DNA from: Hyphomicrobiaceae bacterium
GTDB taxonomy: Bacteria; Pseudomonadota; Alphaproteobacteria; Rhizobiales; Hyphomicrobiaceae
Direction: 5' to 3'
Length of the DNA stretch: 24,000 nucleotides
Assembly (NCBI GenBank): GCA_035714005.1
Contig: DASTMQ010000216.1
Coordinates: 4,126 to 28,125, forward strand
Shown here: positions 1 through 7,740 of the stretch, piece after piece
Layout of the letters: each line of letters starts with the position of its first letter
Numbering within the stretch: the stretch's first letter is position 1
Notes under the pieces: generated by a model
What the model was told of the DNA's origin: nothing
Seen by the model: only the letters and a program-made list of their open reading frames with translations
The model's database searches: none
Translations under genes and position numbers: made by a program

Positions 1-1
1 G

Positions 2-1534
2 CTATACCGTGAAGGCTTTGGCAAACTTATCGAGCGTCTCAACCAAGGTCTTTTCGGTCTCGGGCTTCAATTCCTTGGCGGCGCGGATCTCGTCTAGGAT
101 GTTGGCATGTTGGTCTCGAATGGTCCGCAGCATTTCCTGTTCGAACCGACCCACGGCTTCAACGGGAATGGGATCGAGATATCCGCGCGTACCGGCGAAA
201 ATGGACACAACCTGCTCTTCCACCTTCATCGGTGAGAACTGCGGCTGCTTCAAAAGTTCCGTCAGGCGTGCGCCGCGCGCCAACAGTTTTTGGGTAACCG
301 CATCAAGGTCGGAGCCGAACTGCGCAAAGGCCGCCATTTCACGGTACTGCGCCAGTTCGCCCTTGATGCGACCGGCCACCTGTTTCATCGCCTTGATCTG
401 CGCGGACGAGCCGACACGCGGTACCGAAATGCCGACATTCACCGCCGGTCGGATACCCTGGTAGAACAGGTCGGTCTCGAGGAAAATCTGTCCATCAGTA
501 ATGGAAATAACGTTGGTCGGAATGTAGGCCGACACGTCGTTGGCCTGTGTCTCGATCACCGGCAGCGCCGTCAACGATCCCGCGCCATGACCCTCGTTGA
601 GCTTTGCCGCACGCTCCAACAGCCGGGAATGCAGATAGAAGACGTCGCCGGGATAGGCCTCGCGCCCCGGCGGCCGCCGCAGTAGGAGGGACATTTGGCG
701 GTAGGCGACGGCTTGCTTGGAAAGATCGTCGTAGGCAATCACGGCATGCATGCCGTTATCGCGAAAATATTCGCCAATAGTACAGCCGGCGAAAGGCGCC
801 AGAAATTGCATCGGCGCCGGGTCGGAGGCGGTTGCCGCCACAACCACCGAGTATTCCAGCGCGCCGCGCTCCTCGAGCACCTTGACGAACTGCGCAACGG
901 TGGAGCGCTTCTGGCCGACGGCCACATAGACACAGTAAAGCTTGACCTTCTCATCGCCGCTGGCGTTCAACGGCTTCTGGTTGAGGAAGGTGTCGAGGAT
1001 GATGGCGGTCTTGCCGGTCTGGCGGTCGCCGATGATGAGCTCGCGCTGTCCGCGGCCGATGGGAATTAGGGCATCGATCGCTTTGAGGCCGGTCGCCATC
1101 GGTTCGTGCACCGACTTGCGCGGCAGGATGCCCGGCGCTTTGACGTCAACCTGCATGCGCTTGTCGGCCTTGATCGGCCCCTTGCCGTCGATCGGATTAC
1201 CGAGCGCGTCGACCACGCGGCCGAGCAGACCCTTGCCAACCGGGACCTCGACGATGGCTCCCGTGCGCTTGACGGTGTCGCCCTCTTTGATGCCGCGGTC
1301 ATCGCCGAAGAGCACAATTCCTACATTGTCGGCTTCGAGATTGAGGGCCATGCCCCGGATGCCACCCGGAAACTCGACCATCTCGCCGGCCTGAACCTTG
1401 TCCAGCCCGTAAACACGGGCGATACCGTCGCCGACCGACAGAACTTGGCCGATTTCAGAAACCTCGGCCTCCTTGCCGAAGTTCTTGATCTGCTCCTTCA
1501 GGATCGAGGAGATCTCCGAGGCGCGAATATCCAT
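2..1534 (-). CDS. atpA: F0F1 ATP synthase subunit alpha
   Basis: 510-aa ORF with ATG at 1534-1532 and TAG at 4-2. It has the Walker A motif GDRQTGKT and the conserved F1-alpha N-terminus [16 protein letters not shown]. The start overlaps the atpH stop by 1 nt (TGATG). Confidence 0.97.
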   Translation of the reverse strand: MDIRASEISSILKEQIKNFGKEAEVSEIGQVLSVGDGIARVYGLDKVQAGEMVEFPGGIRGMALNLEADNVGIVLFGDDRGIKEGDTVKRTGAIVEVPVGKGLLGRVVDALGNPIDGKGPIKADKRMQVDVKAPGILPRKSVHEPMATGLKAIDALIPIGRGQRELIIGDRQTGKTAIILDTFLNQKPLNASGDEKVKLYCVYVAVGQKRSTVAQFVKVLEERGALEYSVVVAATASDPAPMQFLAPFAGCTIGEYFRDNGMHAVIAYDDLSKQAVAYRQMSLLLRRPPGREAYPGDVFYLHSRLLERAAKLNEGHGAGSLTALPVIETQANDVSAYIPTNVISITDGQIFLETDLFYQGIRPAVNVGISVPRVGSSAQIKAMKQVAGRIKGELAQYREMAAFAQFGSDLDAVTQKLLARGARLTELLKQPQFSPMKVEEQVVSIFAGTRGYLDPIPVEAVGRFEQEMLRTIRDQHANILDEIRAAKELKPETEKTLVETLDKFAKAFTV

Positions 1535-2094
1535 CAGGCGATACCTTTCATCGCAACTTTGAGATTGTCGAGTTTGGTGCGCAGTGAACTGTCGATCATC
1601 TTGCTGCCGACCTTGACGATCAGGCCGCCGAGCAGATTGGGATCGACGCGGGTGCGGATCTGAACGTGCTTGCCGATCGAGGCCTTGAGGCTGTCGGACA
1701 GCACTTGCATTTGTTCTTGCGACAATGGGTGGGCCGAGGTTACGTCGGCGCTAACCTCGCCGCGCTCGCGCGCCAACAGGGCCTGGAAGCCGCGCAGCAT
1801 ATCGCCAATGGCAAACAGCCGCCGGTTGCGCACGATCAACTGCAAAAAGTTGCCGGTGAAACCGGAAATGCCAACCTTGGCAAGAATGGCGTTGAGCGCG
1901 CGCGCCTGCGCCGCGGCGGAGATGACGGGGCTGCGCACCAGGCGCGCCAAATCGGGGCTAGCCTCGAGCAGGGCCTGAAAAGAGGCAACGTCGCGCTCGA
2001 CCTGGTCGAGCTGCTTTTGCTCCTTGGCGAGTTCAAAAAGCGCGGCGGCATAGCGTCCAGCCATGCTCGCCATCATGGGATCATCGGTGGCCAA
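1534..2094 (-). CDS. atpH: F0F1 ATP synthase subunit delta (OSCP)
   Basis: The C-terminal ~180 aa of the 276-aa ORF match the delta/OSCP pattern (..[12 protein letters not shown].., ..[22 protein letters not shown]..). I place the start at TTG 2094-2092, preceded by GGGGCGAG, giving 186 aa. ATG 2076 is the alternative. The Arg/Ala-rich extension up to 2364 is rejected. Confidence 0.9.
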   Translation of the reverse strand: MATDDPMMASMAGRYAAALFELAKEQKQLDQVERDVASFQALLEASPDLARLVRSPVISAAAQARALNAILAKVGISGFTGNFLQLIVRNRRLFAIGDMLRGFQALLARERGEVSADVTSAHPLSQEQMQVLSDSLKASIGKHVQIRTRVDPNLLGGLIVKVGSKMIDSSLRTKLDNLKVAMKGIA

Positions 2095-2419
2095 GTGCGT
2101 GGTCTCGCCCCAAGAACTTTCGAAGAACAACCGTCCTGCCCGCGTCCGGCCTCGCCGCCCGGGCCCAAAGGCCAACGCCCTCGCTGCGCGCCTGCCGCGG
2201 GCGCGCGCCCCGCGCATAGCATGGGCCGCCTTTGCCAGCAACCTGGCGGCGCTGCATCGAATGCCGCATCGGGGGCCAGGACCCGCGCAGCTCGGGCTCG
2301 AGGCCGCGACGGAGCGGGGCGCGCGCGCCGTTATAGCCAGCACTGCCGGGGGGCGTGGGAGCACAATTGAGCTGACCGACCCGCGACTTGGGGGCGCCAG
2401 CCCATAACAGGAGATGGTA

Positions 2420-2821
2420 ATGTTGAAATGGATCGGATGGCCAGTGGCTGCCGCGCTGGCCTTTGCGCCTCTCGGGGCGGCTGCGGCCCCAGCCGTGGGC
2501 AGTGCCGCGCCGGCGCTGCGCGCCGCACCGGGCGGCGGCGTTGCTCAGGTCGACTACCGCCGACGCGGCGGCTTTGGCGGTGGGCTCGGGGTCGGCCTCG
2601 GGATCGGCGTCCTGGGCGCGATCATCGCCAATGAGGCTTACCGCCCGCGCGCGGGCTATTACTACGACGATTATGCCTACGATGGCCCCTACCAGGAGCC
2701 CGCCGACTTTGCCGGGGATCCGCGCGACTTGTGTGCCCAGCGCTTCCGCTCCTTTGAGTGGAACACGGGGCTCTACACGGCCTATTCCGGCGAGAAGAGG
2801 GTCTGCCCCTACCTGCGCTAG
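2420..2821 (+). CDS. BA14K-family secreted/membrane protein
   Basis: N-terminal signal peptide (MLKWIGWPVAAALAFAPLGAAAA), a Gly-rich hydrophobic segment (GGFGGGLGVGLGIGVLGAIIA), a Tyr/Asp-rich stretch, and the C-terminal BA14K-type motif CAQRFRSFEWNTGLYTAYSGEKRVCPYL. AGGAG at 2409-2413 abuts the first ATG (2414), so ATG 2420 with a 6-nt spacer is the better start. Confidence 0.8.
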   Translation: MLKWIGWPVAAALAFAPLGAAAAPAVGSAAPALRAAPGGGVAQVDYRRRGGFGGGLGVGLGIGVLGAIIANEAYRPRAGYYYDDYAYDGPYQEPADFAGDPRDLCAQRFRSFEWNTGLYTAYSGEKRVCPYLR

Positions 2822-2851
2822 CGCGAGCGAGTGGTGCGTGCGGTGTGGGGC

Positions 2852-2877
2852 CGGGCCATCCCTGCGGGGATGGCCCG
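2852..2877. terminator. GC-rich hairpin between the convergent BA14K and priA genes (putative bidirectional terminator)
   Basis: Perfect 11-bp stem cgggccatccc / gggatggcccg with loop tgcg, followed by ccgcTTTg. It lies in the 73-bp gap between the two stop codons (2821 and 2895). Confidence 0.5.
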
Positions 2878-2894
2878 CCGCTTTGAGCGGATGG

Positions 2895-5123
2895 TCACAG
2901 AAAGCTGTAAGGGTCGATATCGACGGTGAGGCGCACGTCGCTTGGCAGTTTGCGCAAGCCGCCAAGCCAAAGACGCAGATAGCCCTGGATGTCGAGCTCG
3001 CGCGGCGCCTTGACGAGCAGTCGCCAGCGGTGACGCCCACGGATGACGGCCAACGGCGCTTCCGCCGGCCCCAACACCTCGATCCGGCTGGCCGCCGGTG
3101 CACATTGGCCAAGATCGCGCGCCACCAGCGCCGCCAATTCCTTGTCGCGGGCAGAGACGATCAGGGCGGCGAGGCGGCCGTAGGGCGGCAGCAGCGCCGA
3201 TTGCCGCTGGCGTATCTCGCTTTCGAGGAAGGCATTGCGGTCGCCCGAGATAATCGCCTGCATCACCGGATGTTCCGGCAGATAGGTCTGGACCAAACCA
3301 CGGCCGCAGGCGAGCACGCGCCCAGCGCGACCCGTCACCTGGTGCAAAAGCTGAAAAGTACGCTCTGCGGCACGCGGGTCGGCGGTGCCTAGCCCCAGAT
3401 CGGCATCGACCACGCCGACCGTCGCCAACCGCGGGAAATGATGCCCCTTGGCCACCATTTGTGTGCCGATCACGATATCGATGGCCCCGGACTCAATGCT
3501 GCCAATGATCTGGCGCATTTCCACGAGCGAGGGTACGAGATCGGAAGAGAGCAGGGCGACGCGCGCGTCGGGAAAGCGCTCGGCCACTTCCTCGGCGATG
3601 CGCTCCACCCCCGGCCCGCAGGCAACCAGGCAATTCACATCGCCGCACTTTGGACATTTTTCCGGAATCGGCAGGGCGAACCCGCAATGGTGACAGTTGA
3701 GCCGCTGCCGATAGCGATGCTCGACCAGCCAGGCGGTGCACTGGGGGCAATCGAAACGGTGACCGCAGGAGCGGCACAGCGTCAACGGTGCATAGCCGCG
3801 CCGATTGAGGAACAGGAGGCTCTGTTGACCCTCCTTTAGTGTCTCCGTCACGGCGCTCACAAGGGAGGGGGCCAGCCACTTGTTCTTGGCGGGTGGCTCC
3901 TTGCGCATGTCGATGGTGACAATGTCCGGCAGCTTGGCACCGGAAAAACGACCGGGCAGTTCGACGTAGCGATACCGGCCGGTGCGCGCGTTCACGTGGC
4001 TCTCGATCGAGGGCGTCGCCGAGGCGAGAATGACGGGAAATTTGCCGAGGCTTGCCCGCACGATTGCCATGTCGCGGGCCTGGTAGTGAACGCGGTCTTC
4101 CTGCTTGAAGCCCTGGTCGTGCTCCTCGTCGACGACAATCAGCCCGAGCTCCCGGTAGGGAAGGAAGAGGGCCGAGCGTGCGCCGACGACGACCCGGGCC
4201 TCGCCGGTGGCGGTTGCTCGCCAGGCCCGCGCGCGTTCGGGCGCGGAAAGCGCCGAGTGCCATTCAACGGGCAGGCAGCCAAAGCGGTTGGCGAAGCGAT
4301 CCATGAATTGGCTGGTCAAAGCGATTTCTGGCAACATGATCAGCGCCTGGCCACCCTTGCGCAGCGTGCGCGCCACCGCCTCGAAATAGACCTCGGTCTT
4401 GCCCGAACCCGTGACACCGTCGAGGAGGGTCACGGAAAAGGCCGCCGTGGTGGCGGCGCCGACCGCTTCGACCGCCAACGCCTGCGCGCCGGCAAAATCG
4501 ACCCGGGCGTGCTCGGGGTTGGGGAGGGGCAGGCGGCGGTCGGGGATGGCGACTTCCACGAGCGTGCCAGCCGCGATCAGGCCGTCGATGACGCCGGTCG
4601 AACACTGGGCTTCGCCCGCCAACGCGGGTTTGGCGCGGACGAGACCATCCGCGGCGATGCCCAGTGCGCGCTTGCGCGCCGGTGTCAGGCGCGGCGGGGG
4701 AGCGGCGGCAAGCCGCACGCCAAAGCGGGGGCGCATCGGCTCAAACAGCGAGCTCGGTCCCATCAGCATGCGGGCGACCATGCCGAGCGGGGTCAAGGTG
4801 TAGCGTGCGACCCACTCCGCAAAGCGAAGCGACAGGGAGGGCAAGGGCGGAACCTCAACCAGCACCTGGCTAATGCGCTTGAGCTTCTTGTCGGGCGCAG
4901 CCTTAGCCGCCGCCTCGCCAAGGGGGCGGTCCCAAAGGACGCCGATGCGTGTTTGTGCTCCGAACGGCACCACGACGAAGGCACCCGGCTCAGCGGCGCC
5001 ATCAGCGGGCAAGAGATAGTGGTAGGTCTGGTCGAGGGCCACCGGCAATAGCACCGGCACAGCGGCGCCGGCAATGCCGCCGCCGGGCGGGCCGTCCTCA
5101 AATGGTGCGAGCAGACTTTCCAA
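2895..5123 (-). CDS. priA: Primosomal protein N' (replication restart helicase PriA)
   Basis: 742-aa ORF with Walker A GVTGSGKT and DEEH box (IVVDEEHD). It has the Cys-rich zinc-binding insert CRSCGHRFDCPQCTAWLVEH..CHHCGF..CPKCG. The apparent start is TTG at 5123 and is not certain. Confidence 0.93.
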   Translation of the reverse strand: MESLLAPFEDGPPGGGIAGAAVPVLLPVALDQTYHYLLPADGAAEPGAFVVVPFGAQTRIGVLWDRPLGEAAAKAAPDKKLKRISQVLVEVPPLPSLSLRFAEWVARYTLTPLGMVARMLMGPSSLFEPMRPRFGVRLAAAPPPRLTPARKRALGIAADGLVRAKPALAGEAQCSTGVIDGLIAAGTLVEVAIPDRRLPLPNPEHARVDFAGAQALAVEAVGAATTAAFSVTLLDGVTGSGKTEVYFEAVARTLRKGGQALIMLPEIALTSQFMDRFANRFGCLPVEWHSALSAPERARAWRATATGEARVVVGARSALFLPYRELGLIVVDEEHDQGFKQEDRVHYQARDMAIVRASLGKFPVILASATPSIESHVNARTGRYRYVELPGRFSGAKLPDIVTIDMRKEPPAKNKWLAPSLVSAVTETLKEGQQSLLFLNRRGYAPLTLCRSCGHRFDCPQCTAWLVEHRYRQRLNCHHCGFALPIPEKCPKCGDVNCLVACGPGVERIAEEVAERFPDARVALLSSDLVPSLVEMRQIIGSIESGAIDIVIGTQMVAKGHHFPRLATVGVVDADLGLGTADPRAAERTFQLLHQVTGRAGRVLACGRGLVQTYLPEHPVMQAIISGDRNAFLESEIRQRQSALLPPYGRLAALIVSARDKELAALVARDLGQCAPAASRIEVLGPAEAPLAVIRGRHRWRLLVKAPRELDIQGYLRLWLGGLRKLPSDVRLTVDIDPYSFL

Positions 5124-5224
5124 ATTAACTCTCGAGGACTAGAACCCCGAATCAGCTTTCCTGCAGTGAGGCACTTTAGCGCCCCCTGCGGCAAGCCCAA
5201 GGCAACGGGGAGCACCTGCGCGCC

Positions 5225-5881
5225 GTGAAATTCTTCGTCGACACCGCGGATGTGGCTGAGATCAAGGAGTTGGCCGCCACCGGCCTGCTCGACGGGGTGA
5301 CGACAAACCCCTCGCTGGTCGCCAAAGCCAAGCGCGACTTTAAAGCGATCATTGGCGAAATTTGTGCGGTCGTGCCGGGACCCGTCAGCGCCGAAGTGGC
5401 GGCGACCGACCTGGAGGGAATGTTGCGCGAGGGTCGCGCGCTCGCGAAAATTGCCAAGAACGTGACGGTCAAGGTGCCGCTCACCTGGGAAGGGCTCAAG
5501 GCCTGCCGCGCCCTGACCGGGGATGGAACCATGGTCAATGTCACGCTGTGCTTTTCAGCCAATCAGGCGCTGCTGGCGGCCAAAGCCGGGGCCACCTTCA
5601 TTTCACCGTTCGTTGGACGGCTCGACGATGCGGGCGCCGACGGCATGGACCTCATCCGCGAGATTCGCAGCATCTATGACAATTATCCCGAGTTGAAAAC
5701 CCAGGTGCTGGCCGCCTCCATTCGCAACGTCTTGCACGTGAAACAGGCGGCCATGATCGGTGCGGACGCCGCCACCATGCCGCCCGCGATCTTGCGGGGC
5801 CTCGTTCAGCATCCCCTGACCGATCGAGGCCTGGAACTATTCTTGGCCGATTGGAAGAAGACCGGCCAGCAAATCGCCTAA
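5225..5881 (+). CDS. tal: Short (type 3B) transaldolase / fructose-6-phosphate aldolase family protein
   Basis: 218-aa ORF with a GTG start. It has the canonical N-terminus [24 protein letters not shown], the Schiff-base lysine context (VTVKVPLT) and [10 protein letters not shown]. Confidence 0.93.
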   Translation: MKFFVDTADVAEIKELAATGLLDGVTTNPSLVAKAKRDFKAIIGEICAVVPGPVSAEVAATDLEGMLREGRALAKIAKNVTVKVPLTWEGLKACRALTGDGTMVNVTLCFSANQALLAAKAGATFISPFVGRLDDAGADGMDLIREIRSIYDNYPELKTQVLAASIRNVLHVKQAAMIGADAATMPPAILRGLVQHPLTDRGLELFLADWKKTGQQIA

Positions 5882-5918
5882 AGACGGGCCGAAAAAGGCG
5901 GGCGCGGCACTGCTTGCC

Positions 5919-6116
5919 TCAGGTCCGCTCGGCGAGCTGGCCCTCGGAAACCACGCGCTCGAAGGCTTCCGCGGTGCACTTGATGCGGTAGAGCAGATCC
6001 CGACCATCGGTGGGCAGAACGCGCACGATCGTGCACTCCCGACTTGCCGCGGGCAAGCCCATCCGCCCCGGTCTGAAATCGACGGTGGCACCCACCTTGA
6101 ATTTATGGCCTGACAT
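5919..6116 (-). CDS. Small hypothetical protein (65 aa)
   Basis: ATG at 6116 is preceded by GGAGTG with a 7-nt spacer. The composition looks protein-like (MSGHKFKVGATVDF..YRIKCTAEAFERVVSEGQL). No function can be assigned from the sequence. Confidence 0.55.
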   Translation of the reverse strand: MSGHKFKVGATVDFRPGRMGLPAASRECTIVRVLPTDGRDLLYRIKCTAEAFERVVSEGQLAERT

Positions 6117-6165
6117 GCGCGCACTCCAACTCGCACCCACAGCTGCTCGCTCCCCAACACGCCGG

Positions 6166-6196
6166 GAGCGCTCCCTGCCGGCGGCAGGGAGCGCTC
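6166..6196 (-). terminator. Strong hairpin downstream of csp (putative terminator, no U-tract)
   Basis: Perfect 14-bp inverted repeat gagcgctccctgcc-ggc-ggcagggagcgctc located 27 nt after the csp stop codon. No T-run follows on the transcribed strand, so intrinsic-terminator function is not assured. Confidence 0.45.
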
Positions 6197-6222
6197 TTAG
6201 AGTTCAAATTCTCGCGAGGCGC

Positions 6223-6435
6223 CTACGCCTTCTGGATTTGACCCGCCTGCTTGCCGCGACCGCGCCGGTCGTCTTCGAGCACAAACGTGACCCTGTCGCC
6301 CTCGTTGAGGGAACGGATGCCAGCTTGCTCGAGCGCCGTGGCATGGACGAACACGTCCTTGCCCCCGTTCTCGGGCTGGATGAAACCATAGCCCTTGGCC
6401 GTATTGAAAAACTTCACCGTACCAGTGACGCGCAT
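6223..6435 (-). CDS. cspA: Cold-shock protein (CspA family, CSD)
   Basis: 70-aa ORF with RNP1/RNP2 motifs: GTVKFFNTAKGYGFIQP and DVFVHATAL. Confidence 0.96.
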   Translation of the reverse strand: MRVTGTVKFFNTAKGYGFIQPENGGKDVFVHATALEQAGIRSLNEGDRVTFVLEDDRRGRGKQAGQIQKA

Positions 6436-6599
6436 GTGGGGATTCCCTTTCCCAAAGAAGCGTGGTTCGGCCGGTCATGTTTAGGGCCGCACGCTCGGCC
6501 CCTGCATCTCAGACGTGGGAAGGCAAACCGCCCTTTGGGCAAGCAGCAAAACCGCAATCTTGAGGCCGTACCCTCACAGGGGCACACCGGCTGCGCGGG

Positions 6600-6628
6600 T
6601 ATATGGGGCAGGATCGGGGCGGAAGCAA
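6600..6628 (-). promoter_or_regulatory. Candidate sigma70-type promoter for csp
   Basis: On the minus strand, TTGCTT (6628-6623), a 17-nt spacer, then CATATA (6605-6600). This would give a 5' leader of roughly 155-160 nt before the csp ATG at 6435. Pattern match only. Confidence 0.3.
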
Positions 6629-6711
6629 GGCTAATTGTCCCCTAGCATAGGCGCCACGGCGGCGCGCGCGCCCCGAGTGAACTACTATAAGACCTGGCAG
6701 GGGGCGCCGTC

Positions 6712-7740
6712 TTAGTGTTGGCTTAGCGCCGCGTCCACCAGCACCGCCAAGCGCTCGGCCTCCTGCGCGGAGAACTGCAAGCGCACGGGCACGGAACGCG
6801 ACCGGCGCCAGAGCTCATCGAGGGCCCCGGCTTCTCCCCGCAGCCGCACGGCGTCCTTTTCGGTGGTCACGAGCGTTGCCGAAGCGGAGCGTGCCGCCGT
6901 CAGCAGGCGTGCGGCCTCGGCCTGCGATAAGCGATGGTGATCGGGAAATGTCACGCACGTGATGAGGTCGGCGCCCAGAACGCGAAGAAGGGAAAAAAAG
7001 CGTTCCGGCGCGCCGATGCCGGCCCAAGCTAGGACCTTGCGTTCCCTTAGCCAGTCGAGAGCGCACGCCGGTGTGGTGCTGGCACGCAGCACGGGTCCGG
7101 CAAACCGGCGGCGCAGCCAGTCGGCAACCTCACCTGACGTCGGCGCCGGCTCGTTGACGATCACGCCATCGGTCAGCTCCAGCTGCATATCGAGGGCGGC
7201 CCGCAGCGGTCCGGCCGGAATGATGCGGCCATTGCCAAGGCCGCGTCGGCCATCGACGACGGCGAGCGTCAGATCCTTGCTGAGCGTCGGGTTTTGCAGG
7301 CCATCGTCCATGACGATGACCGTGACGGGATGTGGGCCGCGTGCGATCGCCTCCGCGCCCAAGCGACGGTTGCGCGCCAGCAGCGTTGGCGCCACGGCGG
7401 CGAGCAGAAGGGCTTCATCGCCAACGTCGCGCGCGCGGTCGGTGCCGCCGTTCACCCAGTAGGGACCGGTGAGGCGCCCGCCGTATCCGCGCGTGAGCGC
7501 CACGGGCTCGTGCCCCGCGGCTTTGAGTTGTTCGCACAGGTAGATGGTGAGCGGCGTTTTTCCGGTGCCGCCGGCGGTAAAGTTGCCGACGCAGATCACG
7601 GGAAAGCGCGCGCGGTGGGGGTGGCTTCGGTAGTAGCGCGCGCGGACCACCCAGCCAAAGGCGGCGCCCAGCGGTTCCAGAATTTTCGCAGCGGCGCCCG
7701 CTGCCTCGCGGTACCACCACGACGGCTCGTCAAGACGCAC
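6712..7740 (-). CDS. lpxK: Tetraacyldisaccharide 4'-kinase
   Basis: P-loop GNFTAGGTGKTP and the N-terminal EPSWWY motif typical of LpxK. GTG at 7740 gives 342 aa and overlaps the upstream waaA stop by 11 nt. The ATG at 7827 would add an implausible 29-aa extension lying inside waaA. Confidence 0.9.
   Translation of the reverse strand: MRLDEPSWWYREAAGAAAKILEPLGAAFGWVVRARYYRSHPHRARFPVICVGNFTAGGTGKTPLTIYLCEQLKAAGHEPVALTRGYGGRLTGPYWVNGGTDRARDVGDEALLLAAVAPTLLARNRRLGAEAIARGPHPVTVIVMDDGLQNPTLSKDLTLAVVDGRRGLGNGRIIPAGPLRAALDMQLELTDGVIVNEPAPTSGEVADWLRRRFAGPVLRASTTPACALDWLRERKVLAWAGIGAPERFFSLLRVLGADLITCVTFPDHHRLSQAEAARLLTAARSASATLVTTEKDAVRLRGEAGALDELWRRSRSVPVRLQFSAQEAERLAVLVDAALSQH

Noticed and set aside
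2095-2364. N-terminal extension of the atpH ORF to 276 aa.
   Set aside because: The extension is Arg/Ala/Pro-rich low-complexity sequence (..RGARARGRRAARALAFGPGRRGRTRAGR..). This is typical of an open non-coding frame in high-GC DNA. The 186-aa form starting at TTG 2094 matches the normal delta-subunit length and has an RBS.
2081-5051. Several long ORFs overlapping the BA14K and priA region: 2081-3112 (-), 2463-3392 (+), 3493-4263 (-), 3996-5051 (+).
   Set aside because: All are alternative frames or antisense to priA or the BA14K gene. They have an Arg/Pro/Gly-rich composition and no recognisable domains.
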